NCBI RefSeq assembly: GCF_018977255.1
Contig: NW_024704742.1
Location: 67,458,001-67,522,000 of the forward strand
Direction: 5' to 3'
DNA length: 64,000 nt
Origin: Callorhinchus milii
Taxonomy: Eukaryota
This document shows positions 39,201 to 53,489 of this stretch, one piece after another. How positions within the stretch are numbered: position 1 is the first letter of the stretch; every line of letters starts with the position of its first letter. Below the pieces are notes generated by a model that was given only the letters and a program-made list of their open reading frames with translations, ran no database searches and was not told the DNA's origin. The position numbers were made by a program, and so were the translations under genes.

Positions 39201-41999
39201 TTTGGGTTTGCTTCCACAAACCCATTTTAAGAATAATAATCCTTGCAGTTGATATAGCACCTTATCACATCTTTGACACGTCTCAAAACGCTTCACACAA
39301 TATATTGTAAAGTGAATTGACTGTGTATTTTGTGGCTGAAACAAGCAGTCAATTGCGCATAGCAATGTCCTACAAACAGTCATGGAATGAGTGCCCAATT
39401 TTTTTTAAATACTCCAACACCTCACTTCCCTTTTATTATCGATTTTAATCCAACCACTATTTATTCACAGGGCATTTCCGTGCCCTAATAACTCTTTGCG
39501 TAAAAATAAATCGATTATCTCTGCATTTGTTTTTGCTCACTGTTGCTGCCTCAAATACACAACGGGGGGGTGGAAAAGAGTGCAGAAATCTCAAATGATC
39601 ACATTCTGTTTATCGATCCCCTTCCCACCCCTACACCAGAAAAACCATGATGGGATAGGGCCAGATCTTATTAATTGTGTGCAGGTCATTTGAAACTCAA
39701 AGCACTTTACCAGACGGCATTTGATAAAATTGGGTTCTACAATGTGCGGTTTCTTTCCACTGAATGAATATTAATGAGCTTTTTTTTAATCTGCATTTTC
39801 ATTGCTGGAATTACATCAAAGTGCTGGAGATAATAATCTCACGGGAAAGTTTCCAGAATTATTTTCCTCTCAAATCTTACACCAGCAGAAAACGACAAGA
39901 AAGAGAGAGAGCGCACGAGAAATTAAAAGAAAAAAGGAACACGAGTAAAACAAAACAACAAAATTACATTTATGTAAGTATCTTTCACATCAAAAGGACA
40001 TCCCAAGGTGCTGGGCAGTTAACAGTTTGCACCCTAACTGGGGGTTGGAATCAAAAGGGGTGGAGGGTATGGTGAGGCAAAAGTACGATCAAAGAGGAAA
40101 GTCTTGAGATAGCAGTCTTGTCTTTTGAGTCAGAAGGTTGTGGGTACAGGCAAGTCATAGTCCAGTTTGACACTGCGAGGCCGAGCGCTGCATTGTTGGA
40201 GGTGCCCTCTTTCAGAAGAGAGGTTAAACCGGGGTCTCATCTGCCTCTTTAAAGAACTCAAAACGCTATTCAATAAGATTCATGGCTCGGAACTATAGAA
40301 ATTTAGAGACTAGAAGGAGGCCATTTGGTCCATCGAGTCTGCACCGGTACTCAGAGCAAGCTGGACTTCCATTCCACTGCTCTGGTGTATCCCCACACCC
40401 CCTTGTACACTGCAAGACCGAATCAGCTGCACAGACCATCGGGAGGTGACGCGCAGTAGTCAGACACAGCTCCACTGACGACTTAGTCAGTATGTACATC
40501 TGAATCAGACAACAATAATAATTCTTACATTTGATACAGCGCCTTATCACATTCTTGAGATGCCTCAAAGTGCTTGAGTCACTAATTGTTTTTAAATTAT
40601 TACCCCCGTAAAGCAAACCGCCAATTGACTAACAACCACTAACATTTACTATATATATATATGCGATATGTCCCAGGTTCGATGCTCAGTCTGGGTTCAG
40701 ATAGCCACAGCGAGGGACAGTTTGTTAGCAAAGATTCCCATGTCTGCTTCATCACCTGCCTGTTCAGGTGGACCTGAAAGACAGACCCCAGAGCATTTTT
40801 CAAAAAGGGAAGCGAGTTTCTCACCATGACCTGGCGGATAACAACCCCAGATAAAATTGGTCACTCACTTTATGGGTGATCATTTATGGGATATTGCTGT
40901 GTGCAAATTCGCTGACATGTCTGCTTACAATATACACAGTCACTACACTTCACTGTTAAATCCTGCCATACTCTTTGAATGAGCTATCTCGATGATGTGA
41001 TGAGGTACTGTTTCATATGTAAAGATTATTATCGTTCTGACGCTGTAAAGTGGATTTTCCCCGACAAAATATTCAGTCACTCCATTTCCAGTATATTCTG
41101 TGAAGCACTTTGATACATCTTAACAACATGATAAGGTACTATATCATATGCAAGGTTTATTATAATTATTATGTGTGAACACTGGATAAAGCACATTGAG
41201 ACGTCCTGCCCATGTGAAAGGCACTGTATAAATGTAAATTGTGTTGTAAATTGTAAAACTCGAGATTGTGCTCGAATAAAGATCCCCGTCGTCCAGCACA
41301 ACACACAAACTCCCAGAGTGGGTGGGATTGTGCCAGACCTGAAACAGCCAGAGGGAAGGAGTCTCGTTCAAAAATCAGTCGGGGTAAGCGAGGAAGCGAG
41401 CGAGCGAGTGGTCTGCCAGGACCTTAGAATCAATCTAATTGATTTAAATGTTAAGTGGAGCATGAAATCTGGCCCTTACATCATTGGGAACTCAGTCAGT
41501 CAGTTTCCATCCACGTGACATCATCCCTATTTCTGCAGTCATCGGTAAAACTCCACCACAGCTGCTCACTTCCCCGCTTCATGTGCAGTTTCTCGCCACC
41601 CTTGTATCTGATGGGGTGAGTAGGGGTGGACGGTCCAGTTGCATTTGCCTTATTTCACTTGCCTGCTTCCTCTCTTCTCCTCTCTCTCTCCTTCCCCTTT
41701 ATCTTTCTGCTTTCTCTCTCTCCTTCCCTTTTCTCTCTTCCTTCCCAATTCCCTCACACTCCCCTCTCACACACACAGCCTTGATCCTACAGCACAGATA
41801 CCACTGCTCTTTCTAAAACTATTTTTTTGGGGGGTCAGCCATGTGTCTGACACATGCGGAAACCCATCACCATGCTTAAGTGTATCCAAACCAAACTGAG
41901 AGTTCCACGCATCCCAGTGAATTAACTGTATATTTTGTGAGGAAAATGCGGCAGCCAATTGCACATGGCAGTGTCCCACAAACAGTTGTGATTGAGTCC

Positions 42000-42332
42000 A
42001 ATACAGTGCTGGGGTGTGTGTTGCATTGTCGTAGATGCTGTCCTTCTGCCGAGACATTAAACTGAAGTTCCGTCCACCTGTCCAGGTAGTTATTAAACGA
42101 TCCCATGGCACTATTCAAAAAGAGAAAGAAGTTTCTCCTGGTGTCATGGGCAACCATCCCCCCAAATAAAAAAATAGTTCTTTCCTCGTTTGTGGGACAC
42201 AACTTTGTGCAAATTGGCTGCCGTGTTCGCTCGCTACATACATAGTCATTACTCTTTACGGCATATCCTGTGAAGCGCTTTGCAACGTCCAACCAATGTG
42301 AAAGTGCCGTATCAAATGCAAAGGATTATTAT
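42000..42332 (+). mobile_element. SINE type A, 5'-truncated
   Basis: Matches the type A body and tail. Confidence 0.82.
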
Positions 42333-42984
42333 TCTGTAACTGAAGTAGTAGATAATTAACCAGTTTGGAGCAGCTGCTGGCAAACTGCAGCAAAGAAAGC
42401 TTGGCCTTTCACACCGGCCACGTCAGTGTGAGCAATACACCATCTTAGACTGTGTAAAACCACCAGACACCATCACTGCTATCACCATTGATATGCAGCG
42501 AGCAGTGGAAAGCAGTGGGGGAGGAGCGAGCAAGAGACAAGAGGCAAAGAATACAATGAATAAAGAAAGACAGGACAGAGGGGGGAAATTAACCTTGCAA
42601 GTATCGCTCGCACACACACATTTTTGTTTCCCCCTCTGAAACGGCAACATCTGCTCAAGCCATTTCCTGTCCCCTCCACATACAGAAGCTCACAGAGTGG
42701 AAGGGAGAGAGAGGAGCACAGAACGATGCACCATCTGGCCAGACATGGCCGGCCGAGGCCCCAGGTAACTCAGTCATGTCCCAGGGCTCCAGGTCCAGGC
42801 ATTTCCGCCTGCAAATGGGGGCTCCTTTTCCCCGATTTGGGAAATACGTTACAACGAGCCGCTGGGAGTTCTGCTCCAATCCGCTCCCAGGGCAGAGTTC
42901 CCACGTTGGAATTCTAACCAGACTCCTCGCTCAGGAATGCCATAGAGGAATACTGCAAAATCAGACATCACCCACTCCCTGCTC

Positions 42985-43118
42985 AACACACATACACACA
43001 CACATACCACATACACACAAGCGCACGCACACACACACACGCATAGGCACATGCACCACACACACAGGCACACACATACACAGACATACATACAACTACC
43101 TATATATCCACACACACT
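42985..43118. repeat. Degenerate (CA)n tract
   Basis: CACACA-rich run visible in the sequence. Confidence 0.85.
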
Positions 43119-43941
43119 GTAAACCTTTCCCTCCCCCCAACACCCAACCACCCAGCGTCCTGTACGAGATGGTGTGACTGAGCTGTGCTGTGCTCAGCCT
43201 CTCCTTCCAGATCCCAACAGTCTGCTGGTATTTCATACTGGGCAGATGATGGCAGGGTCTAAAAATACCACTGAATTTGGCTGACATTTTCTTTTCTACT
43301 CACCCCATTCAACCCCCCATATCCCTCCTAACAGTCCCCCTTCTCCAGGCTCTTCTCCCGCTCCCTCCCTCGCTGCTGTTAAAACAACACCCAACTTTTC
43401 ATATTAGACGAGGTAACAGGATTTAACCTGGAAGGTTAATGAATGAGGGTGCTTTTAAACAATTTGTTACAGGAACGATTAAAAAGTTTATCACTGCAGA
43501 TCATTGTGCGCAGGGAGGGGTGGGGTGAAGGGGAATCATGTGAAGTGCTTTGAGACGTCCTCCTGACGTGAAAGGCAACATACGAGTCAGCTTGGCTCTG
43601 TTGGAAGCAATCTTGCCTCTGAGTCAAAGGGGTGTGAGTTCAAGCTCACATCAAGACATTGAACTGACATAGTCTAAGCTGACACGCCAATGCAGTGCTG
43701 GAGCGGTGTTGCATTGACGGAGGTGCCACCCTTTGGATGAGACGTTATACCAAGATCCTGTTCAGGAGACGTTAAAGATCCTTTAGAGCCTATGGCACTA
43801 TTCTCCCTTTGTCCTGGTCAATAATTCCCAAATAAAATTTGTCACTCCACTTTGTGGCTGTACAGTCACTACACTTCACAGCAAAATCCTGTGCAGCTCT
43901 TTGAGACATCTTGACAACCTGATAAGGCACTGCATCAAAAA

Positions 43942-44309
43942 ATAATAATCCTTGCATCTGATATGGTGCCTTATCACATTGTTGAGATGTCTCAAAGCGC
44001 TTCACAGGATATACTGTAAAGTGTTCTATATATTGACGGTGTATTTTGTGGGCGAAATGTGGCAGCCAATTGGGCACAGCAGTGTCCCACAAATAGTTGT
44101 GGACTGAGAGACCATATTTTTTGGGGTGGGTGGGGGGCGGGATTGTTAGCGATCTGCTCATCGACTAACAACTAGGTTCCTACTCAATGCTGAGGAAACA
44201 GGCATCTGGAGTAAGGAAACTTGCCTAAGCTTTTAGCCCCACCCGGGAATCAAACCCGGGTCCTCCCGCTTGCAAGGCGAGCGAGCTAACCACTATCCTA
44301 TGGGTCTCC
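43942..44309 (-). mobile_element. SINE type B, full length
   Basis: Reverse complement of type B. Confidence 0.88.
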
Positions 44310-44504
44310 ACGAGGCAGGAATCATTATTTAGATCAATTGAGATTTATCGTCAGAATGGGAAAAAAAATGGGTAGGGGTTGAGCACAAAATCCGTAAGAG
44401 TGTTGGGACACTTGAGGTAAAACAATATAGTAAAGTGGTGTACGGGAAGCAAGCAGAAGAAGGGGATTAAAGATGACAGCTTGAAGAGGGGCTGGGGGAA
44501 GCCA

Positions 44505-44838
44505 AGAGGCATGTAGAGGGTGAAGAGGAGGGGACCGAGGACAGAGCCCTGAGGAACACCGTACGAGACAGTGCGGGGGCTGGAGGAAAAGCCATTTGCC
44601 ATGACGAAGTGGAGGCGGCTTGAAAGGTAGGAACTGAACCAGTCAAGGATCAGAACCTTGGAGGTTGAGGTGGGAGGAGAGGCGGTGGAGGAGGATTGAA
44701 TGGTCCACAGTGTCAAAAGCGGCGGAGAGGTCGAGGAGGACGAGGAGGAAGAGGGAGCCCTGGTCACACATGGTCAGGATGTCATTTGTGACCTTGACCA
44801 GAGCAGTTTCCGTGCTGTGGGCAGCAGGGAAACCCGAT
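44505..44838 (-). mobile_element. Internal L2 RT fragment
   Basis: Reverse strand encodes [28 protein letters not shown] and [17 protein letters not shown]; overlaps and closely matches 37972-38175. Confidence 0.92.
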
Positions 44839-44839
44839 C

Positions 44840-45196
44840 CTCACCCTCATGTACCGCTTCACTCCCTCCCTACCTCTCTAGCCTGCTCATAGCCCACTCC
44901 TCTGCTGATCCACCCCCATTGCTCAGCTAACACAGTCCTGCTGTGCGTTCCCCCGACCCCTTGGTGGCCGTACCTTCAGCCACTGCACCTCTAACCTCTG
45001 GAACTTGCTGCCTCAATATCTCTGTTTCGCCAACTCATTACTTGCCTTTAATTCCCACCTTAAGACCTACCTCTTTGACCGCATCAATGGTCACTTCCCC
45101 CTCCCTTTTCTTTCTTGCTTTGTGTCCAACCCCAACTACTGTAGATCGCTCTGTAAATGGTGCATGAAGGGCGCTATATAAGTGCAAGTTGTTGTT
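44840..45196 (+). mobile_element. Diverged L2 3' end
   Basis: GGTGGCCGTACCTTCAGC..CTCTGGAAC..AAGACCTACCTCTTTGAC motifs and tail GCGCTATATAAGTGCAAGTTGTTG. Confidence 0.75.
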
Positions 45197-48100
45197 TAGT
45201 TGCAAATAAACATCTTACAAGCTTGCTTAATGCCTGCTCCCAGTTAGTTACCTCTCGCTGGTTCTATCCTGGTGCATTTCAAGCTCCTCCTACAGCTTTA
45301 TCCCTCTCCCTCTAAAACAACACAGACTGACTGTCTCCAGGAGTGTCCATCACAGGATACGGGGAGGAATATATCACTGTAACACACGGAATCATAACAT
45401 GCACACGTCAAAGGAGAACTCTGGTTAAGAGCAGCAGAGTGATGCAGAATAACAGACTCAGCTCCATTCAGACTGCTTCAGATAAAAAAATTATTGAGAG
45501 ACGGGGAAAAATTGCTTACAGACTAGACTTTAGACTTAACCTCCATGTTTGGTCAATTTCACTAGGAATTCTCCAGTCTGACAAGATAAACTCTGAGCCC
45601 ATTAGTTTAGTCAGCCTTGTTTTTTTAACAGTGTGGTGTTAAACTGAGTGGGGGTGGGAGGAGTGCAGGAATTAAACTTAGTCTCAGAATAGTTGTATGC
45701 ATGTGTGTGTGGCAGGAGGGCGGGAGAGGGGGAGCTAAGGTTACTGGTTACTCTTACACAATAACAACAATTTGCATTTATATATGGCTTTGCCTAAAAT
45801 GTAAGGCCCACAGACTATGTCTTTAGTTAACCAGCTGCCATACTTGCTTGTATAATACACGATCAATACAGTTTATAATTTAGCCTGTGAAGCACTTCAT
45901 GGCTGTCTGTGGGGCCACTGCTGTGCGCGTATTGGTTTTTGTGTTTCGCCCACAAGATACAGTCAATCCACTGTACAGTATATTATGTGAAACGCTTTGA
46001 GGCGTCTGGACGATGTGATAAGGTGCTATATCAAATACAAGGATTATTATTATTAATTCTCAACCACGTGTACATCTCTGGGTCCCCCCAATCTTCACTC
46101 ACTCGCAAGCTGTAGTGTTTCAAGAACTCTGGGTTTGACCACAACGGGTTTATTTTCCGGCCTTGAACATTCCTTCGTCTCAACATTGTGCATTCACCAA
46201 AGACTCGGAGCCCTGCCACAAAACAGCCTTTGCAATTGAAGCTTCATACCCCAGGAGTACTGGCAATCAGAGGCCAAGGCAGACCTCAACTCACCAACAC
46301 ATATTGCAATGAGTTCTCGGCTCTGAGTCAAGCACATTTTTTTTTGTGTGTGGTGACTTTACTTGCCAGAACCAATTCGGAGGCAGAGCAATGTGAACTC
46401 ATGGGATATACTGTCAACCTCAGCTGTGCTGTGTATTTCCCCAAGTAAAGTTGGACACAATTGAACGTGTTGCTATAAAAAGCCCCTTCAGTTCCACTGA
46501 TGAAGTAGAGCAGTAACCGAGCCAATTCGGCTCCAAACCTTCTCCACACTCACCCCGATCCAGGAACTGGGGACTGGCTGCCATTCTCTACCCAGCCGCA
46601 TCTTACTGCTGTTTGTACAAAATGCAAAGTCCAGTTAATACTGAACTCCGTGGTCATCTGCACCAATCTCTGCACACGCCCATCACCCCAATCCTCACCA
46701 GGCTCCATACCCCTTGATATCCTTACCTAACAAAAAGTTATATTTATATTGCACCTTTCACATCATTGGGGCTCCTCAAAGTACTTTACATCTCCATCAA
46801 TGTAGAGACCCCCTCCCTCCCATCACCCCCCCCCGGATGAATATTGCAGCAGCGGTTTATTGTGGTGCTGCCGAACTATGGGTGTTATATATCTGTGCCT
46901 CATGAATGAAAGTTTACGTCAGAATTACACCACAAGACACAAAAGAAAGCCTTTGGCACAATTTAGGGGACACTGCACTGCAGTGTGAGCAAAGAACAGC
47001 CCATAACAGGCAAACCAAGGATTGCAAGAAAACCGCAACAGGCTTTCTTTATAGCATGTACAAGAAAAGCACATTCCTACACACCACACTAAGCTATTGG
47101 GCCGTCTTTAGCTCCGCTTTACTCTGAGCAAATTCCACCTCATGGCTGTTTTTTTGACACATTGCTGCGTGCGAATTGGCTGCCGGGTTAATTCTGAAGC
47201 TTTTTTCTTTCTGTAAATTCATAAGAACAAACACTGTACTCCACCGAAGCACTAAGAAAATAGTGTGGCTTAGACCTTGCAGGAATTTGTTCCTCCCCTT
47301 TCCTCTCCACCCCCAACTGCACCCTACCAACCACAAATATAATAATAATAATAACCCTTTGATAAAGCGCCTTATCATATCGTCGAGATGTTTCAAAGTG
47401 CTTCACAGGATATACATGAGGTGGATTGTCTGTATTTTGTGGACGCAACGCGACAGCCAATTGCACACAGCAGTGTCCCACGAACCGTCACGGAGTGAGT
47501 CACCAATTTTATTTTCAAGGGATTGTTGGCCAGTACACCAGGAAAGAGAAACTCCCTTCTCTTTTTGAATAATGTCATGGGATCTTTAACGTCCACCTGG
47601 ACGGGCAGATGGGACGTTGGTTTAACATCTCATACAAATATGGTGTATTTATATTTCATTTTTATTTGCCAATTAAACACGGAGTATTCTGCAAGACAAG
47701 TATGTATCTTTGCTTCTCGCCAACCCGCCCCTAATACTCTCTGGAATTAAGTCAGCAAGGTGCGTCCCTCTGGGGAGAGAGTGCGCATTCCAGACACAGG
47801 GATATTTCTGTGCATACGTGACACACACATGTGGAACGCTCAGTCTCTTTTAAGTACAGTCATGGGTTTCCACTCTTGTCACAATCCCGTCTGAAAAGCA
47901 TTATGCATTTCATTCAGCAGGTACGGTAGGTGCAGCAGGCATGATGACAAAGGGTTCTCTGCACGTGTGCTAAGCTAGAACACATCACTGAAGCACACTG
48001 TTAATAGGAGACTGATCACAGGCCACTTATTTTATCCCCATCTCAGTGGAGAATTTGCTAAAGTAAATAAATACTCAGCGCGGCACGTTATAAAATGAAA

Positions 48101-48292
48101 ATCCCTGTAATAAAACCCGCATACGTTTCAGCTTCCTTTACCACCCCAACAAAGCACACCGTATATAGAACCGCCTACGCACCCAAATAAATACAGAAAA
48201 TACCTGGCAATCCACTATAGGTCAATGGGTGTCTGAGACATTAACCCTTCACCTGAAAACACATGTCTGCTTGGCTGCACTGCACTTCACAG

Positions 48293-48630
48293 GTGTCAGC
48301 CTTGCTCAGCAGTTGCACTCTCGCCTTTGAGTCGGAAGGTTGTGATTTCAAGCCTCACGTCGGGACTTGAACTCACATAGTCTAAGCTGAAACTCCAATG
48401 TAGTGCTGGGGATGTGTTGCATTGCAAAGAGAAGTGAGTTTCTCTCTCCCGGTGTCCTGGCCAACAAATCCCACAAATAAAATTATTCAATCACTTGATA
48501 GATGTTTGTGGGACATGTTGTGTGCAAACTAGCTGTTGCGTTTGCTTACAAGTATACAGATATGGTTTTACAGTAAAATCCTGTGAAGCGCTCTGAAACA
48601 ATAATGGTGCGGTAAGGCACTGTATCAAAA
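48293..48630 (+). mobile_element. SINE type A, internally deleted
   Basis: Matches type A. Confidence 0.85.
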
Positions 48631-48869
48631 AAATGTCCTTTGGTTAATTTCACAAGACTGGCTCAGATGAAGAGACCCTTTGATCAATTTGATCTCACTA
48701 ACCCTACCGTGCTCCCATCACAGTATTGAGGTGTTTCTTAAATGATTCCAGCATCCTGCCCTCAACCACCCTTTCTGGTAACCTGTTCCAGTCATCAGCT
48801 ACCCTGTGTGAAGAAATATTTCCTGATGTCTGACAATCTGATGTCTGTTACAACCTTAAACCTGTGCCA

Positions 48870-49158
48870 CTACCTCCACTCGGCTAGCTCCGGCTTCCTG
48901 TTTTTCCTCATGCCCTCCATTGGTGGCCGTACTTTCAACCACTATTCCAGGAAACTCTGGAACTCTCTCCCTCAATCTCCCCACTTGCCCCCTCCATCCC
49001 CAACTTCAAATCCTGCCTAAAGACCTTGCTTTTTGATGGTGCTTATGGTCACTCCCCCTTCCCTCTCCCCCTGGCTCGGGGTCAGACTCAGCCACTGTAA
49101 AGCGCTCCAGGACACTACCCCACATGAAAGGTGATATATAAATGCAAGTTGTTGTTGT
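48870..49158 (+). mobile_element. Diverged L2 3' end
   Basis: ATTGGTGGCCGTACTTTCA..CTCTGGAACTC..AAGACC..TATATAAATGCAAGTTGTTGTTG. Confidence 0.75.
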
Positions 49159-50930
49159 ACTGTTCACAGATCGAGGGGCCTGACGGAGAGGGTTCGGAGG
49201 AGGGGAGAACTGATGGTGGGTTGAAGGGACAGATCTGAGAATAGGCCCAGGGTGGGGAGGCGGAATCTGAAGCCAAGTCTAAGGGAATAAGTCTGGGGAG
49301 GATAATGAGACGAAATTCTGTGTCACGCCCAATGTGACTGACATATGCTCACATTACACGGTGGGAATGGCATGGCTTCTTCCCATAGACAACCGCTCAA
49401 GGCCATATGTCCACCACCCAATCCACTGAAACACGGGGATTAACAATAAAAATATTTCATAGTTTCTATCCATCAGCATTGAAACAGCTGGGTCCCAAAC
49501 CTCTCTCAGACGCACAGCGCTTCTGAAATCTATGAGTTTTCCCAGCTGCAGAGTGAGATGGATCAAGCAGCTCGGTCACACACTCGGGAATAAGAAAGCC
49601 AGAGCCTATACTGGGGGGAAGAAAGCCCAGCCAGCGAGTACAGCCTAATAGCTTTCTGAAGAGGTGCCTTTACTATGTCCCAAAGAAAAATGATCAATGA
49701 TCACCGTCAGTTTAACGGAGTTTTCTTGATGATAAAAGATGATAAAATGTGCCCGGGCTGACGTTAATTGACAAGGAGAACGAATGGAAAACAGTAAACC
49801 TGCCCCCTGAAAACTCCCAGGTTGTGTTGCAATATCTCATTTGTAAAGTGACAGCAAGCACAGCTGGAGCCGGCCGGCATATCTTTCATCAAAGGCCATT
49901 CCCGCTGGAGAATCAGGCCAGTCCTCGCTGGGGATCTGACCTGTTATTGCAGAGGCCTCTGATGGAGGGGTGGCTGTGTGCATACCTCTGACCTGACCTC
50001 TGCTCCCTTCCCCCTTGCCCTCCTTCCCCTTCCTCTCTCTCTCCCCCCCCCCAACCCTCCCCGCCGCCACCAGCTAACCCAGTTGTAGCCTAGTGAGATG
50101 GCGGCACAAACCAGCCAAAGGCAAACAAATTTGACACCCCCCTCCCCACTCCCCATTTTCCCTGGCCTTTTTTGGGGTGTGGGGGGATTTGAAACGTGTC
50201 ACTTCATAAGTAGTTCAAATCTCGCTGGTAAACTCCTGCATACCATTGCCGGCTTTAAATCTGGCTCATTTTACCACAAATGTTACTTGTTGTTCATAAC
50301 AGTAATAATCCTGGCATTTGATAGAGCACCCTTCATGTCGAGAGGGTGGGATTTCCTGTATATAAATCTTTGCCCTGTGTCCAGTCTCCTTAATAATAAT
50401 AATATTTGGATTTGATACAGTGCATCATCACGTCATTGCTTCACAGAATATATTGTAAAGTGGAATGACTGTATATTTTGTGGGGAATGAACATCAAGGT
50501 GTTGTGCAACATAACCAAAGAGAGTTTATAAGGGGCAGGTTTAGTATTTTCCGTTCATTCTCCTTATCAATTAATGTCAATTAATAAAAGCGTAGTGACT
50601 GTGCGTTTTGTAGGTGAAACACCTACTTTAATACCAGTAACCATGTTAAATTGCATGCCCTCTGAAAGCCAGTTTGCAACATCAAAGGCCTTTCAACTTT
50701 AAAAATTAGCACAGATTTAAGATCCCGATTCTTTCTTGGGACTGATCATACATTCCCATTCTCCCCTCAATATTTCTCCATGTCGTTCCTGCTTAGATCC
50801 TGGAAAGGCAATAGCAACTAACCAGGGAACTGGCCATCTCGTCAATTTTAGAGCTAAGCTGTTTACATAAGGCATTGCCTCATTTTTTTTGCCCTTGGGG
50901 GAAGGTCAACATATGTCTATAGAAATAACT

Positions 50931-51333
50931 AAGCCTGGCTCAGTTGGTAGCACTCTCGTCTCTGAATCAAAAGGTTGTGGGTTCAAGCCCCAAAGTCAGG
51001 AATTTGAACTCACAGCTCCAACGCAGTGCTGGGACTCAGAGAGCTGGATTGTCAGAGGTGCAGTCCTTTGAATGAGATGTAAATCAAGGTCCTGTCTACT
51101 CAGGTAGACATTAAAGATCCCATCACACTACTCGAAAAGAGAAAAGAGTTTCTCCTGGTGTCCTGGCCAACAGATCCCCAGATAAAATTCACCTCATGGC
51201 TGTTTGTGGGACATTGCTGTTTTGCAAACTGATGGCAGTGTTCACAGTCACTACACTTTCCAATAAATTCTGTGAAGCACTTTGAGAAGCCTTGCTGACT
51301 CGAAGATGCTGTAAAGTGCAAGGATTATTATTA
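50931..51333 (+). mobile_element. SINE type A
   Basis: Matches type A. Confidence 0.85.
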
Positions 51334-51429
51334 TAAATCAATTAATCAAATATTTTGCACTTGTTCATGCGAATGTCATTGTTCATGCGAATGCCAGAGC
51401 TATCTTCAATTCTTAAGATGAGTAATTAA

Positions 51430-51735
51430 ATACAATACAGTTTACATCTTTATAGCACCTTTCATGTAGGGAGGGCTTCTCAAAGCACTTGTCACTGCTG
51501 GATGGGGATCTGAGCTGGGGGGAGGGGGGGGCTGGTGGGGAATGATGATCAAAAACACAATCAAACATCTTGAGAAAGGCCTTGAAAAAGGACAGAGAGG
51601 GAAAAAGTCTGAGGGACTCCAGGGTGGAGTCCCAGAGAGTGGGGCAGAATGGTTGAAACCCCAACCACCGATGAAGGAGCGGAGAGCGCAGGGGAGCATA
51701 AAACAGGCCATGTTCGTGAAGCAAAGGGAGCGGTC
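51430..51735 (-). mobile_element. Diverged L2 3' end
   Basis: Reverse complement matches the L2 C-terminus (IGG..F...APTLW) and tail. Confidence 0.75.
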
Positions 51736-52334
51736 AGGTCGACGTGGAACACGTTTTGCACTTACAGTAGCTACAGAGGTTCCACATGACAGACGCGGTT
51801 TAATTGCCCCAAATATCATCTCAGAAAAGAGCCCCCCACCCCACCACTGATAGGAGGCCTGCTCCTCTATATACTGCATTCTTAGATATTATTTCTTAAA
51901 ATAATCTAATTACATAGATCTATTTTAGGAAATCATATCTTGGGATACAGTATATAGTTTGGGACATAACATGTTGATGCGAATGCCATGATGGCAGAAG
52001 ACGAATTGGATGAACCTTGGTCTTCTTTCATCTAGCAATTCCTATGTTCTTATGTACAGTTTGTATCTGACACATTAATATCCAGGCAGCCTCAGTGCCG
52101 CATTCCCAATTGGTGCCAAATTTAGGGAGGGTTTCTGCTGGCTACGGATTTGAGAACTGGATTTTGAGGCGGAGCTGAGCTGATCCCCCAACTCATTTCA
52201 TCTAGAACTGTTCGCAGCTGCTGAAGCAAGGAGACCGTTGTCCCATCTGCCCACCAGGCCGGATTTGCAGCCAGTTCGCAGAGGTGAAAGAACAGTGATC
52301 TAATCGATCATACCACCCAGTTCCTGTGAAATAA

Positions 52335-52756
52335 GTAATAATGATAATAATCCTTGCATTTGATAGAGCGCCTTATCATGTCCTCGAGACATCTCAAAAT
52401 GCTTCACAGGATATACTGTAAACTGGATTGACTGTGATTCTGTGGGCAAACAAAGCAGCCAGGTTGTGCGTAGCATATCCCATAACCAGCCATGGAGTGA
52501 GTGACCAATTTTATCTGGGGGTCTGTTGGTCAGAACACCTGGAGGGAGAAACTCCCTTCTCTTTTACGTTCACCTGAACAGGCAGACAGGACCTCGGTTT
52601 TACGTTTCATCCGAAAGACGGTACCTCTGACAACGCAACACCCTCCCCCCGGATTAGATTGAAGCGTCATTTTAAGACTATGCGAGTTCAAGTCCCGGCG
52701 TGGAGCCTAAACCCACAACCTTCTAACTCAGTGCTACCACTGAGCCAGGCTGACAC
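52335..52756 (-). mobile_element. SINE type A, full length
   Basis: Reverse complement of type A. Confidence 0.88.
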
Positions 52757-53489
52757 AAAGTAAATAAAAAAAGCACGCCAACTAAGATTTGAAATTCCAC
52801 CAAGCCCTTGCCTCCAAGATTAGTTTTACCCAACATTTTAGATTTGCACATATTAAACTCAGTCTTAATTTGGAAGCTGGTGTTTCTCAATGGTCGTTTC
52901 TCTGATTCCTAAGGACTGCTGAGCCACAGGGTAGAGGCTCTGTGAACTGTAACAGGCACGAAAGTGCTGAAAGGATTATAGAAAGCGAGGGGGGGGGAAA
53001 GGGGGAGGAAGACATTTTTTATCAAGATCACAAATGCTCACATTACCTCTGCAGAAAATTTGTGTATTTTACATAGGAAGTGAGTGGTTCCAGCAGCTGC
53101 TCCCAGTGCTTAGATTCACAAAACCATGTTACTTAACCATTGCATGTTTCCAGTATTTGCTGGCATCGACATTCCTCAGTTAATTCATTTGAGCTGGTAT
53201 CATGTTTCCTCCACAGCCATCCACTCAGCACTAGGGTGGTGAACCATGACTTCCAATGGAGGCCGGGGCAAGGGGAGGGGGGGCTGGGGGGGACTAGCCA
53301 TCCCTTGTGCTGTCTTTCCCAATAAAACGCAGCAAGATTTCTGTCTCGTTAAGCGCCATCGCTTGTTCCTTTCGATAAATCAATGAAAAGCAGCTTCAGT
53401 CCAGTGGAGTTCCATAACGTGGATAGTAGAGTAGAAAACCTACGTATGTGTGTGTGGGGGGGGATTTCAAAAAGCTATACTGGGTATGA

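Noticed and set aside
44505..45196. Twin-primed (5'-inverted) single L2 insertion
   Set aside because: The minus-strand piece closely matches the young family, while the plus-strand 3' end is far more diverged, so they look like separate insertions.
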